Part shown: piece by piece, positions 18,367 to 27,130 of the stretch
Layout: each line of letters starts with the position of its first letter
How positions within the stretch are numbered: position 1 is the stretch's first letter
Position numbers and translations under genes: made by a program
The notes under the pieces: generated by a model
What the model was told of the DNA's origin: nothing
The model's database searches: none
What the model saw: only the letters and a program-made list of their open reading frames with translations
Assembly: GCA_964576115.1 (NCBI GenBank)
Contig: CAZNUA010000011.1
Location: 62,001-90,686, forward strand
Source of the DNA: an uncultured Gemmatimonadota bacterium
Lineage (GTDB): Bacteria > Blakebacterota > Blakebacteria > Blakebacterales > Blakebacteraceae
Reading direction: 5' to 3'
DNA length: 28,686 nt

Positions 18367-18413
18367 GGGGGTCAGTGTACGGGGGGGTGATTCGAGGTTC
18401 CGGACCGAGCCGC

Positions 18414-19490
18414 TCAGGCTGGTCCGCCGGGAGGTTCCTCCTCCGCCGGCCGGAGCTCGATCGCGGGAAGCTTCATCGAAGGATCGGCGTCGAGTTCGAG
18501 CCCGTCAGCCTCACCCCCCGCCAGGTGGAAAGCACCTGCGGCGGCGATCATGGCTGCATTGTCGGTGCACAGTCGCGGACTGGGAAAGGCGACTTCGATC
18601 GAGCGGCGGCGGGCCAGGTCGACGAGTTCGCGGCGCAGGAGCCGATTGTTGGCCACCCCTCCCGCTACTCCAACCCGGGGGGCATCGGTTTCATCCAGGG
18701 CGGCTTCGATCCCCGCGATCAGAGCTGCCACGACGGCACGGCGGAAAGCCGTCGCCACCTCCCCGCGCTTTTCCTCCTGCCCGGCGGAAGACAGCTGACG
18801 CCAGGCCTGCATGACAGCCGTCTTCAGTCCACTGAAGGAAAAATTGTGCCCCGGCCGATCGACCGAGGCGACCGGAAAAGAGAGTTCGGTGCGGAGTGTT
18901 TCCTCGGCCAGCCGGTCGACTCCGGCTCCTGCCGGATAGGGTAAACCGAGCATGACCCCGACCTTGTCGAAGGCCTCTCCGGCGGCGTCGTCAACAGTGG
19001 CGCCGAGACGGCGGTAGGCTCCCAGATCCTCGACCATATGCAGCTCGGTATGACCTCCGCTGGCGATCAGGATCAGAAAAGGGGGGCGCCATTCGGGATC
19101 CTCGAGCAGGAGGCTGAAGATGTGTCCCTCGAGGTGGTTGACGCCCACCAGGGGCAGTCCGGTGCCCAGCGCCAGGGCTTTGGCGACCGAGAGGCCCACC
19201 AGGAGAGCTCCGATCAGACCGGGTCCCCGCGTGACGGCTATACCGTCCAGATCGGACCAGGCTGCTCCGGCCGTTTCCATGGCCTGTCTGATACTGGGCA
19301 GAACCAGCCGCAGGTGCTCGCGCGAAGCGACCTCCGGGACCACTCCGCCCCAGTCGGTGTGGACCTCCTGGGTGACGACCACGTTGGAGAGGATGCTCCT
19401 CCAACCGGTGACCACCGCTGCAGCGGTTTCATCACACGAGGTTTCGATCCCCAGCACCCGGGGACGGTCCACGCCCTGAGCCTGCACCAT
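18414..19490 (-). CDS. tsaD: tRNA N6-threonylcarbamoyladenosine synthesis protein TsaD
   Basis: LGIETSCDETAAA, GGVVPEVASREH, NHLEGH, SGGHT, DDAAGEAFDK, FSFSGLKTA and CTDNAAMIA. Confidence 0.97.
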   Translation of the reverse strand: MVQAQGVDRPRVLGIETSCDETAAAVVTGWRSILSNVVVTQEVHTDWGGVVPEVASREHLRLVLPSIRQAMETAGAAWSDLDGIAVTRGPGLIGALLVGLSVAKALALGTGLPLVGVNHLEGHIFSLLLEDPEWRPPFLILIASGGHTELHMVEDLGAYRRLGATVDDAAGEAFDKVGVMLGLPYPAGAGVDRLAEETLRTELSFPVASVDRPGHNFSFSGLKTAVMQAWRQLSSAGQEEKRGEVATAFRRAVVAALIAGIEAALDETDAPRVGVAGGVANNRLLRRELVDLARRRSIEVAFPSPRLCTDNAAMIAAAGAFHLAGGEADGLELDADPSMKLPAIELRPAEEEPPGGPA

Positions 19491-19502
19491 GCGGAGCCTT
19501 CC

Positions 19503-20426
19503 TCAGTATTCGGTCACCCGCACGGCGGCTGGCTCGAGCCGCAGCAGGGTGATGCCTTCGGGGAGCTCGACGAGGGGTTCGACCGCAACCATACGATCGG
19601 GGGAATGAGTATTCAGATCCACGGTCAGGGTGATATCCGAGGCGACCATCTCGGCCAGCACGCCGACCCCGCCTTTGACGGTCACGGTGATCCGGCGGGG
19701 CTCGGTCACATACCGTTCGGGCCGGGTGGTGCCGGTGAAGGTGATCGGAATGTCGGCAAAGGTCCGCTGACCGATTTCCTGAACGTCCTGCAGGATGCGA
19801 ACCGTCTCGGATTCGCACCGGCAGTTATACACTGCCGGTAGAATCAGAGCGGTTTCGGCCTCGACCAGAGCGCGGGCCCGGTTGACGAACAGGGTGTCGG
19901 TTTCCACGGCCGTAATCGCCTGCAGGGCAGTACGCGGCCCGGTGAGAGTGACCGAATCGGGCATGGCCCGCAGGGTTCCCACGGTGGTGAAACCGGCTGC
20001 CGGTGAGATCCGGGCCTGGGGACGGACGGGAACACGGCGGGTGATTTTTTCATCGAGGACGATCGTCACCCCGGTCGGGGGCAGCACCTCGACGATCTCG
20101 AGTCCGAGACCTTCGGGGGCGACGACGTTTTCCACCCCGAGGTTGTAGCGGGCCCGTCGCTCTACCCCGCTGGCATCCCGCTGGACTCTCACATCCCGCC
20201 AGCGCAGGGTCAGCAGGCGCTTGCCCCGGCCGCGGAACCGCACCTCGAGCGATTCGGGTACCTCTCGGGCCACCACCAGGTCGGCCGCGACCCCGACGAC
20301 CTCGAAGGGGATGCTGCGTACCAGCTCATAGTCCCGTTCGGTCGCCGTATGGAACCAGAGCAGCAGGGCGACCGCCAGAGAACCGAGCTTCAAGCCGAGA
20401 TTGTGTGTCAACCAGTTACGATCCAT
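19503..20426 (-). CDS. YbbR/CdaR-like membrane-anchored protein
   Basis: N-terminal NLGLKLGSLAVALLLWF anchor and three YbbR-like repeats (PESLEVRFRG, PDSVTLTGP, PRRITVTVKG). Confidence 0.87.
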   Translation of the reverse strand: MDRNWLTHNLGLKLGSLAVALLLWFHTATERDYELVRSIPFEVVGVAADLVVAREVPESLEVRFRGRGKRLLTLRWRDVRVQRDASGVERRARYNLGVENVVAPEGLGLEIVEVLPPTGVTIVLDEKITRRVPVRPQARISPAAGFTTVGTLRAMPDSVTLTGPRTALQAITAVETDTLFVNRARALVEAETALILPAVYNCRCESETVRILQDVQEIGQRTFADIPITFTGTTRPERYVTEPRRITVTVKGGVGVLAEMVASDITLTVDLNTHSPDRMVAVEPLVELPEGITLLRLEPAAVRVTEY

Positions 20427-20447
20427 GGGGGGCGGAATCCCGTCCGC

Positions 20448-20645
20448 CTACTTCTTGACCGGCGCTCTCCCGAGCTCGTACCCCAGACTCACCTCACCGT
20501 TGTCGATACGAATGTGAAAGCCGCATTCGGGATTCGAGCAGACCCAGGCCTTGTACATAATACTCGCTCCGTCACGACCGTAATCGGAAAGCGGCAGCAG
20601 AGTTCCGTTATTACACTTCAGACATTCAGGAAAGGTCATGTCCAT
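20448..20645 (-). CDS. Small Zn-ribbon-like hypothetical protein (65 aa)
   Basis: CLKC...CSNPEC with a LLPLSDYG..GA...YKAW core. Strong GGAGGTGA SD and a near-consensus promoter upstream. Confidence 0.8.
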   Translation of the reverse strand: MDMTFPECLKCNNGTLLPLSDYGRDGASIMYKAWVCSNPECGFHIRIDNGEVSLGYELGRAPVKK

Positions 20646-20724
20646 GCGGGGTACTCACCTCCCCTCCGCGCGTCAGTCCACCTCATCCGCCGGCCTGCAC
20701 CTCAACCGGCTGAAAAGCGTGGTG

Positions 20725-20753
20725 AGTATAGGGAAGGCACCCGGGGGGGTCAA
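20725..20753 (-). promoter_or_regulatory. sigma70 promoter for the Zn-ribbon/cdaR/tsaD unit
   Basis: TTGACC (20753-20748), 17-nt spacer, TATACT (20730-20725). Confidence 0.75.
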
Positions 20754-20762
20754 CCCCCCTCC

Positions 20763-20791
20763 TTGACACTCCCCGGGCCCGGGCCTAGCCT
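20763..20791 (+). promoter_or_regulatory. sigma70 promoter for cstA
   Basis: TTGACA (20763-20768), 17-nt spacer, TAGCCT (20786-20791); back-to-back with the divergent promoter. Confidence 0.65.
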
Positions 20792-20824
20792 GTCGGAACC
20801 ACGCCTGGGGAAGGTTAACGTGCC

Positions 20825-22429
20825 ATGAACGCCGCCCTGCTCCTGCTTCTCGCCGTTCTCGCCATGATCGCCGGGTACCTGTTCTACGGGCGGTTTCTGA
20901 GCCGCCGGCTCGGTCTGGATCCCGAAAGGCGCACCCCGGCTCACACCCGGCAGGACGGAGTGGACTACGTGCCGGCCCGCACCCCGGTGCTCTTCGGGCA
21001 CCACTTCGCTTCGATCGCCGGAGCGGCTCCGATCATCGGTCCCGTCACGGCGGCGCTATTCGGCTGGATCCCCGTTTTCCTCTGGGTGCTCATCGGCTCG
21101 ATCTTCATGGGGGGTGCCCATGACATGTCGAGTCTGGTGGCCAGCATCCGCCACCGCGGCCGCTCGATCGGCGAGATCATCGAAGAAAACATCGGGGTGA
21201 GCGGAAAGACCCTTTTTCTGATCTTCGCCCTGGCCACCCTGGTCCTGGTGGTAGCCGTTTTCGCCATGATCGTCGCCCGGACCTTTGCAGCTACGCCGCA
21301 AGCCGCCAGCGCTTCAGTCCTTTTCATCCTCCTGGCGGTCATATTCGGTCAGGCCCTCTACCGCCTGCGACTGCCGCTGGGCATCGCCACCGCGATCGGG
21401 GTGATACTGCTCTTTCTCTGCATCTGGCTGGGTGTGTCCCATCCCCTGACCCTGGGCGAAGGCACCTGGCTCTGGATTCTGCTCGGGTATGTTTTCGTCG
21501 CCTCGATCACTCCGGTCTGGGCCCTGCTGCAGCCCCGCGACTACCTGAACTCTTTCCTTCTGTACGCTTTGCTCCTCGGGGCTCTGATCGGGATCCTGAT
21601 CCAGCAGCCGACTATTCATCTGCCGGCCTTTACCGGTTTGCGGACCTCGCTGGGATTCATGTTCCCGGTCCTGTTCGTGACCGTGGCCTGCGGAGCCATT
21701 TCGGGTTTCCACAGCCTGGTGGCGAGCGGGACCACCGCCAAACAGCTCAACAACGAACGTGACGCCCGACCGGTGGGCTACGGAGGGATGTTGACCGAGG
21801 GACTGCTGGCAGTCATCGCTCTGCTGGCGGTATCGATCCTGACCGCCTCGGATCACGCCGCCCGGCTGGCCGAGGCCGGACCGGTGGCACTATTCAGTGA
21901 AGGGGTGGGAGGTTTTCTGGGCACGCTGGGAATCGCCCCGGTGGTCGGGACCTCGTTCGCCGCCCTGGCGGTGAGCGCATTTGCCCTGACCAGCCTCGAT
22001 ACCGCCACCCGGCTGGCCCGGTACGCCTTCGCCGAATTATTTATCCACGGTCGTGAGACGGAGCAGGCACCCCCCCCGTCCTGGACCCAGAACCGCTATC
22101 TGGGCAGTGCGGCGGTGGTGGCGGTCAGCGCCCTGCTCATATTCTCGGGGCAGTGGGAGACACTCTGGCCCCTTTTCGGGAGCGCCAATCAGCTCCTGGC
22201 CGCTCTGGCCCTGCTGGCCGTCAGTGTCTGGCTGACCCGCCGCGGCCGGGGCGCCACCTTCGTGCGCCTGCCGATGTACTTCATGTTCGCCGTCACGCTG
22301 ACGGCTCTGCTCAGTTTTGCGTACAACCATCTGCTGGCGGGGGAATATCTGCTGAGCGGATTGAGCGTCGTGCTCTTCGTCCTGGCGGTCGTGCTGGCCG
22401 TTCACGCCGCCCGGGCCCTGAAGAAATAG
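20825..22429 (+). CDS. cstA: Carbon starvation protein A family peptide/pyruvate transporter
   Basis: TPAH...DGVDYVP, LFGHHFASIAGAAPIIGP, LLQPRDYLN, VACGAISGFH, TSLDTATRLARY and LWPLFGSANQLLA. Confidence 0.96.
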   Translation: MNAALLLLLAVLAMIAGYLFYGRFLSRRLGLDPERRTPAHTRQDGVDYVPARTPVLFGHHFASIAGAAPIIGPVTAALFGWIPVFLWVLIGSIFMGGAHDMSSLVASIRHRGRSIGEIIEENIGVSGKTLFLIFALATLVLVVAVFAMIVARTFAATPQAASASVLFILLAVIFGQALYRLRLPLGIATAIGVILLFLCIWLGVSHPLTLGEGTWLWILLGYVFVASITPVWALLQPRDYLNSFLLYALLLGALIGILIQQPTIHLPAFTGLRTSLGFMFPVLFVTVACGAISGFHSLVASGTTAKQLNNERDARPVGYGGMLTEGLLAVIALLAVSILTASDHAARLAEAGPVALFSEGVGGFLGTLGIAPVVGTSFAALAVSAFALTSLDTATRLARYAFAELFIHGRETEQAPPPSWTQNRYLGSAAVVAVSALLIFSGQWETLWPLFGSANQLLAALALLAVSVWLTRRGRGATFVRLPMYFMFAVTLTALLSFAYNHLLAGEYLLSGLSVVLFVLAVVLAVHAARALKK

Positions 22430-22432
22430 AAC

Positions 22433-22771
22433 CTATCCCTCACCGGGCGCCGCCCCGGAGATCATCTCGAGCACCACCCGCAGCAGCGCCCCGGCCCCCT
22501 CGCCGAGCAGAACGTCGTGAGGGGTGCGTCCGCCGAGCCGGTTCAGGGGACGTTCCATCCAATCCGGTATCGAATCGGGGCGGAACAGCCGCTCGAGACG
22601 GCGAGCGAGATCAGCAAGAGCCCGCAGCTGACGCGCGGCCATCGGACTGGGAACACTCTGCCCGGCTTCCCACCGGGCCACCGTGCGCACGCTCACGCCG
22701 ATCACCCGTGCCGTCGCCTCCTGGGACAGTCCCAACCGTCGTCGCAGTTCGTTGAGTTCCGATCCATTCAT
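22433..22771 (-). CDS. XRE-family HTH protein with Xre/MbcA/ParS C-terminal antitoxin domain
   Basis: LRRRLGLSQEATARVIGVSVRTVARWEAG HTH; C-terminal W...P...LGGRTP.D.L motif. Confidence 0.85.
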   Translation of the reverse strand: MNGSELNELRRRLGLSQEATARVIGVSVRTVARWEAGQSVPSPMAARQLRALADLARRLERLFRPDSIPDWMERPLNRLGGRTPHDVLLGEGAGALLRVVLEMISGAAPGEG

Positions 22772-22782
22772 ACCGACAGGAT

Positions 22783-22812
22783 ATCATACCGTCATGACAG
22801 ATGTCATGTCAT
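22783..22812 (-). promoter_or_regulatory. Promoter with overlapping palindromic operator for the Xre gene
   Basis: -35 ATGACA (22812-22807), 18-nt spacer, -10 TATGAT (22788-22783). Inverted repeat CATGACA-GA-TGTCATG at 22793-22808. Confidence 0.7.
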
Positions 22813-23168
22813 ATCAGTCTGACTGCGGCGGTGCCACCCTGGCGCAGCAGCAGATCCGGCGTACCTGCAGCCGACGCGGTTCTCGGAACCGGTACCGCGA
22901 TACCTGCCGTGCGGATCGGATTCCACCGGGCCGCTGATCGCCCTGCGTCGCGTTTCCGGCTGCCCCCCAGATATGGTGGCGGTCGATATCGGAGTCCCCA
23001 AGAAAAAAATAAGACAGGCGGCTTTTTCGTCTTACCCATGTTTCTGATGTCTTACATTCGTATGTTGCCGCTTACTCCTTCCTTCTGTCGTCGTCATGCC
23101 TTACATTGAAGATCAGGGAATCCGCCCGTGGTTCGTTGTCCTGTTTGTACGACCGGAGAGCCGTGCGC

Positions 23169-23399
23169 ATGCCGATCGTCAATGCCTCATCTAAAGGACA
23201 GATTGTCATTCCGGCAAAGTTGCGCCGTAAATACCGTATCGAGAAAGGGACGAAACTCAACGTTCTCGACGGCGACGGCGAGATCATCCTGCGGCCTGTT
23301 CTGCAGGATGCCGTCACCCAGGCCAAGGGGCTTTTCAGCGGGGGACTCTCGTCGCTGCAGGAACTGACCCGCGAGCGGCGTGAGGGCCTGCATCCGTGA
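23169..23399 (+). CDS. AbrB/MazE/SpoVT-family antitoxin (VapB-like)
   Basis: SSKGQIVIPAKLRRKYRIEKG...IILRP. GGAGAG RBS before ATG 23169. Stop overlaps the PIN gene start (GTGA). Confidence 0.9.
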   Translation: MPIVNASSKGQIVIPAKLRRKYRIEKGTKLNVLDGDGEIILRPVLQDAVTQAKGLFSGGLSSLQELTRERREGLHP

Positions 23400-23824
23400 G
23401 CACGCCGATCGAGAACGGTCAGGTCCGCCGGCTGGTCCTCGATTCCCACGCCCTGCTGGCTTTTCTCGAAAACGACCGCGGCGCTGACTTCGTGGCCAAC
23501 GCCCTGGGTATGGCCAGTCAGAAAACACTGGAATGTTATATGTCGATCGTGAACTGGGGTGAGGTTTATTACAGCATCCTGCGCGCCAAGGGCGATCGAC
23601 GGGCTCAGGAGGCAACGTTCGTCATCGATCAGCTCCCGATCGACATCGTGAACATGGACCTGAATCTGGTCCGCCGGGCAAGCACGTTCCGCGAGCAGTA
23701 CCGGCTGCCCAACGGGCTCTGCTTCGCAGCCAGCCTGGCCGATTCGCTGACCTGCCCGGTCATGACCGGCGACGACACCTTCCGGCGGCTCGAGGAAGCG
23801 ATCCAGATCCTATGGGTGAAGTAA
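23396..23824 (+). CDS. vapC: PIN-domain VapC-family toxin (atypical active site)
   Basis: VLDSHALLA, SIVNWGEVYY, CFAASLA and VMTGD..F; directly downstream of the AbrB antitoxin. Confidence 0.87.
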   Translation: MSTPIENGQVRRLVLDSHALLAFLENDRGADFVANALGMASQKTLECYMSIVNWGEVYYSILRAKGDRRAQEATFVIDQLPIDIVNMDLNLVRRASTFREQYRLPNGLCFAASLADSLTCPVMTGDDTFRRLEEAIQILWVK

Positions 23825-24474
23825 CCTTTCTGAGTCTCGGTGACATCCATGGCCGGATCGGCTGGACCGAGGAACTCCGTTCTGCGGCCAGTTCGGCTCA
23901 CGCCGTCCTGCTCGTCGGCGACCTGACCAATTTCGGCGGCCCCGAGGAGGCCGGTCAGGTCATCGATGACATCGCGGCCCACTGCCCGCAGGTCTACGGC
24001 GTACCGGGGAACTGCGACAGTGTCGCGATCCTTGACTGGATGGCCGAAGCCGGTATTTCTCTGCACGGTCGCGGTCTCGAAATCGCCGCGGGGATCGGTG
24101 TCTGCGGAGTTGGCGGTTCGAATCACACGCCCTTCGGAACCCCGCTCGAATTCGACCCCGACGATCTGCAGTCGGCTCTGCAGTCCGGCTGGCAGGATAT
24201 CGCCGGACTCGACGCCCGCATCATCGTTCACCACGCGCCTCCCTATCGCACCCGCTGCGATCGCACCCGCTTCGGTCTGCACACGGGTGTCAAGGGATTG
24301 CGGGCTTTCTGCGAAGCAGAGAAGCCCGAACTCGTCCTCTGCGGACACATCCACGAAGCCCGCGGTACCGACCGTATCGGCGAGACCCCGATCGTCAACG
24401 GCGGCATGGCCGCCCGGGGCCACGGCACCCTTCTGACGGTTACGGAAGCAGGCGTGTCGGTCGAGCTACTCTGA
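23812..24474 (+). CDS. Calcineurin-like metallophosphoesterase (Icc-related, GNCD type)
   Basis: GDIHG, GDLT, PGNCD, HHAPP and CGHIHE motifs. Confidence 0.92.
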   Translation: MGEVTFLSLGDIHGRIGWTEELRSAASSAHAVLLVGDLTNFGGPEEAGQVIDDIAAHCPQVYGVPGNCDSVAILDWMAEAGISLHGRGLEIAAGIGVCGVGGSNHTPFGTPLEFDPDDLQSALQSGWQDIAGLDARIIVHHAPPYRTRCDRTRFGLHTGVKGLRAFCEAEKPELVLCGHIHEARGTDRIGETPIVNGGMAARGHGTLLTVTEAGVSVELL

Positions 24475-24486
24475 ACACCCCTCAAG

Positions 24487-24511
24487 AAAAACGCCCCATG
24501 ACGGGGCGTTT
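24487..24511 (-). terminator. Intrinsic terminator between convergent genes (probably bidirectional)
   Basis: AAACGCCCC-ATGAC-GGGGCGTTT stem-loop; TTTTTCTT tail on the minus strand and TTT on the plus strand. Confidence 0.75.
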
Positions 24512-24544
24512 CCAGCAGCAGTATCCCGGTGCCGGGAAGCGGGT

Positions 24545-25000
24545 CTATTCCTCCTCACCCGAAATCGCAAGGGTGGACTGTTCCTCCTCCTCATCGCCGG
24601 GGAGCAGGGTCCGTTGAACCCGTTCCTGGCGCTGCTGATAGCGCCCCCCCATGCCCTCCTCCTCCTGCTGTCGCTTGCAGGCGGTGCAGAGCAGGGCGGT
24701 TGGGATCGCTTCGAGCCGCTCACGGCCGATATCGCCGCCGCAGCTCTCACAGGTGCCGTACGAGCCGTCGAGAACTTTCTCCAGAGCGTGATTGATCTCC
24801 TCCAGGCCGCGCGAGTCCTGTTCGATGAGTTTGGAGAGGTACTCCTTGTCATCGGAGAGGGTGACTTCTTCCTCGTACTCGGCCGCCCGCGAGTCGTTGA
24901 TCTCGTCCAGCGTGCCCTGCAATCGACCCAGAGCGGAGAGCTTGCGCTCCCGCTCCTTCAAGATCAGCCGGGTGAAGTACTCGCGGTCCTTCTTGTTCAT
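24545..25000 (-). CDS. DksA/TraR family C4 zinc-finger protein
   Basis: Coiled coil followed by GSYGTCESCGGDIGRERLEAIPTALLCTACK. Confidence 0.9.
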   Translation of the reverse strand: MNKKDREYFTRLILKERERKLSALGRLQGTLDEINDSRAAEYEEEVTLSDDKEYLSKLIEQDSRGLEEINHALEKVLDGSYGTCESCGGDIGRERLEAIPTALLCTACKRQQEEEGMGGRYQQRQERVQRTLLPGDEEEEQSTLAISGEEE

Positions 25001-25079
25001 CAGAGTTCTCCCCGCAGTGCCTCACGATACACGTTCGTTTCTCCGGCCGGCGTTACCGACCAGGCGAAAAGGACGCATC

Positions 25080-25107
25080 AATGTATCGGATTCCGGCCGT
25101 CTTTCAA
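25080..25107 (-). promoter_or_regulatory. Putative sigma70 promoter for the dksA-like gene
   Basis: TTGAAA (25107-25102), 16-nt spacer, TACATT (25085-25080). Confidence 0.45.
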
Positions 25108-25126
25108 ACGAAAACCGGCAGCCTCG

Positions 25127-27058
25127 TTACTCTTTGTCTTCCTCCTCGTCAACGACTTCGTAATCGGCCTCGACCGGTTCGCCATCATCGGCATCGGCCC
25201 CGGCGGCTGGACCGGCGGCCTCACCGGCTGCGGCACCCTCGGCATCCCCGGCCGCGGCGGCCTGCTGGTACATCTCCTGCGAGGCGGCGTGCCAGGCTTT
25301 CTCGAGCTTTTCGGTATCGGCTTTGATCGCCTCGAGGTTCTCACCCTTGAGCGTTTCTTTCAGATCGGCGACCGCGCTGACCACCGCCTGGCCGGTCTCG
25401 CTCGATAGTTGATCCTTCTGCTCCTCTATCTGCTTCTCGCTCATGTAGATCAGCTGTTCGGCCCGGTTACGCAGCTCCACCCGTTCCTTCTTCCTGGCAT
25501 CTTCTGAGCGGTGCTCCTCGGCATCCTTGACCATCCGGTCGATTTCATCGCGGGACAGACCGCTCGAGGCTTCGATCTTGATGCTCTGCTCCTTGCCCGT
25601 GGCCTTGTCCTTGGCCGAGACATGCATGATTCCGTTGGCGTCGATATCGAAGCTCACCTCGATCTGCGGTACGCCGCGCGGCGCCGGAGGAATCCCGTCG
25701 AGCTGGAAACGGCCGATGGTCTTGTCGTCCAGGGCCATCTCGCGCTCGCCCTGCAGGACATGGATATCCACCTGAGTCTGGTTGTCCGACGCCGTCGAGA
25801 AGATCTCAGCCTTACGGGTCGGGATGGTGGTGTTCCTCTCGATCAGCCGCGTGAAGACCCCGCCGAGGGTCTCGATACCCAGCGACAGAGGTGTGACATC
25901 GAGCAGGAGCACGTCGGTCACGTCACCGGCCAGCACGCCGGCCTGAATCGCGGCTCCGACCGCAACCACTTCATCGGGGTTCACACCCTTGTGGGGATCG
26001 CGACCGAAGACCTCTTTGACCAGTTCCTGCACCTTCGGGATGCGGGTGGAACCACCGACCAGGATCACTTCGTCCACTTCTCCCTTCGACAGCCCGGCGT
26101 CTGCCAGGGCCTGCCGGCACGGCTCGACGGTTCTCTGGATCAGATCCTCGGTGAGCGATTCGAACTTGGCCCGCGTGAGCTGCAGGTTGAGGTGTTTCGG
26201 GCCGCTCTCGTCGGCGGTGATGAAGGGCAGGTTGATGTCGGTCTGCATCGTACTCGAAAGCTCGCACTTGGCCTTCTCGGCGGCTTCTTTGAGCCGCTGC
26301 AGAGCCATGGGATCCTTGCGCAGATCGATCCCCTCGGCCTTGCGGAACTCCTCGGCGATCCACTCCATGACGCGCTGATCGAAGTCATCGCCGCCCAGGT
26401 GGGTGTCACCGTTGGTCGACTTGACCTCGAAGACACCCTCGCCCAGTTCGAGGATCGAGATATCGAAGGTCCCGCCTCCCAGGTCGTAGACCGCGATTTT
26501 CTCGTCCTTCTTCTGATCCAGCCCATAAGCCAGCGAGGCGGCGGTCGGCTCGTTGATGATGCGACGCACGTTCAGGCCGGCAATCTCACCTGCGTCCTTG
26601 GTGGCCTGACGCTGACTGTCGTTGAAGTACGCCGGGACCGTGATGACCGCTTCGGTGACTTCCTCGCCCAGGTAGTCCTCGGCCGTCTGCTTCATTTTCT
26701 GCAGGATCATGGCCGAGATCTCGGGCGGGCTGTACTCCTTGCCACCGGCTTTGACCCGCACGTCGCCCGCGGGTCCGCGTTCGGTTTCGAAGGGAACCTC
26801 TTCACGCTCGGTGCCCACCTCATCGAAGGCCCGGCCCATGAAACGCTTGATGCTGAAGACGGTATTGGTCGGGTTGGTAATGGCCTGCCGTTTGGCCGGC
26901 TGCCCCGTCAGACGCTCGCCCCCCTTGGTGAAGGCCACCACGCTCGGGGTCGTCCGGCCGCCCTCGGAGTTGGTAATCACGACCGGCTCGCCGCCCTCCA
27001 TGACGGCCACGACCGAGTTGGTGGTCCCCAGATCGATACCGATGATTTTCTGTCCCAT
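25127..27058 (-). CDS. dnaK: Molecular chaperone DnaK (Hsp70)
   Basis: [47 protein letters not shown] and acidic C-terminus VEADYEVV. Confidence 0.99.
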   Translation of the reverse strand: MGQKIIGIDLGTTNSVVAVMEGGEPVVITNSEGGRTTPSVVAFTKGGERLTGQPAKRQAITNPTNTVFSIKRFMGRAFDEVGTEREEVPFETERGPAGDVRVKAGGKEYSPPEISAMILQKMKQTAEDYLGEEVTEAVITVPAYFNDSQRQATKDAGEIAGLNVRRIINEPTAASLAYGLDQKKDEKIAVYDLGGGTFDISILELGEGVFEVKSTNGDTHLGGDDFDQRVMEWIAEEFRKAEGIDLRKDPMALQRLKEAAEKAKCELSSTMQTDINLPFITADESGPKHLNLQLTRAKFESLTEDLIQRTVEPCRQALADAGLSKGEVDEVILVGGSTRIPKVQELVKEVFGRDPHKGVNPDEVVAVGAAIQAGVLAGDVTDVLLLDVTPLSLGIETLGGVFTRLIERNTTIPTRKAEIFSTASDNQTQVDIHVLQGEREMALDDKTIGRFQLDGIPPAPRGVPQIEVSFDIDANGIMHVSAKDKATGKEQSIKIEASSGLSRDEIDRMVKDAEEHRSEDARKKERVELRNRAEQLIYMSEKQIEEQKDQLSSETGQAVVSAVADLKETLKGENLEAIKADTEKLEKAWHAASQEMYQQAAAAGDAEGAAAGEAAGPAAGADADDGEPVEADYEVVDEEEDKE

Positions 27059-27093
27059 CTCAGAGCCTCTATTCTTTAATAATCATCACACGT

Positions 27094-27130
27094 GTCCCCG
27101 CGGTCGAGGTGGTATCCCGACCGCGGGGAC
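27094..27130. other. Perfect 13-bp intergenic hairpin between hsp20 and dnaK
   Basis: GTCCCCGCGGTCG (27094-27106) pairs with CGACCGCGGGGAC (27118-27130); no U-tract follows. Confidence 0.7.

Noticed and set aside
22813..23009. Possible RES toxin remnant or small ORFs between the Xre and AbrB genes
   Set aside because: No RES-like residues or convincing RBS in any listed frame.
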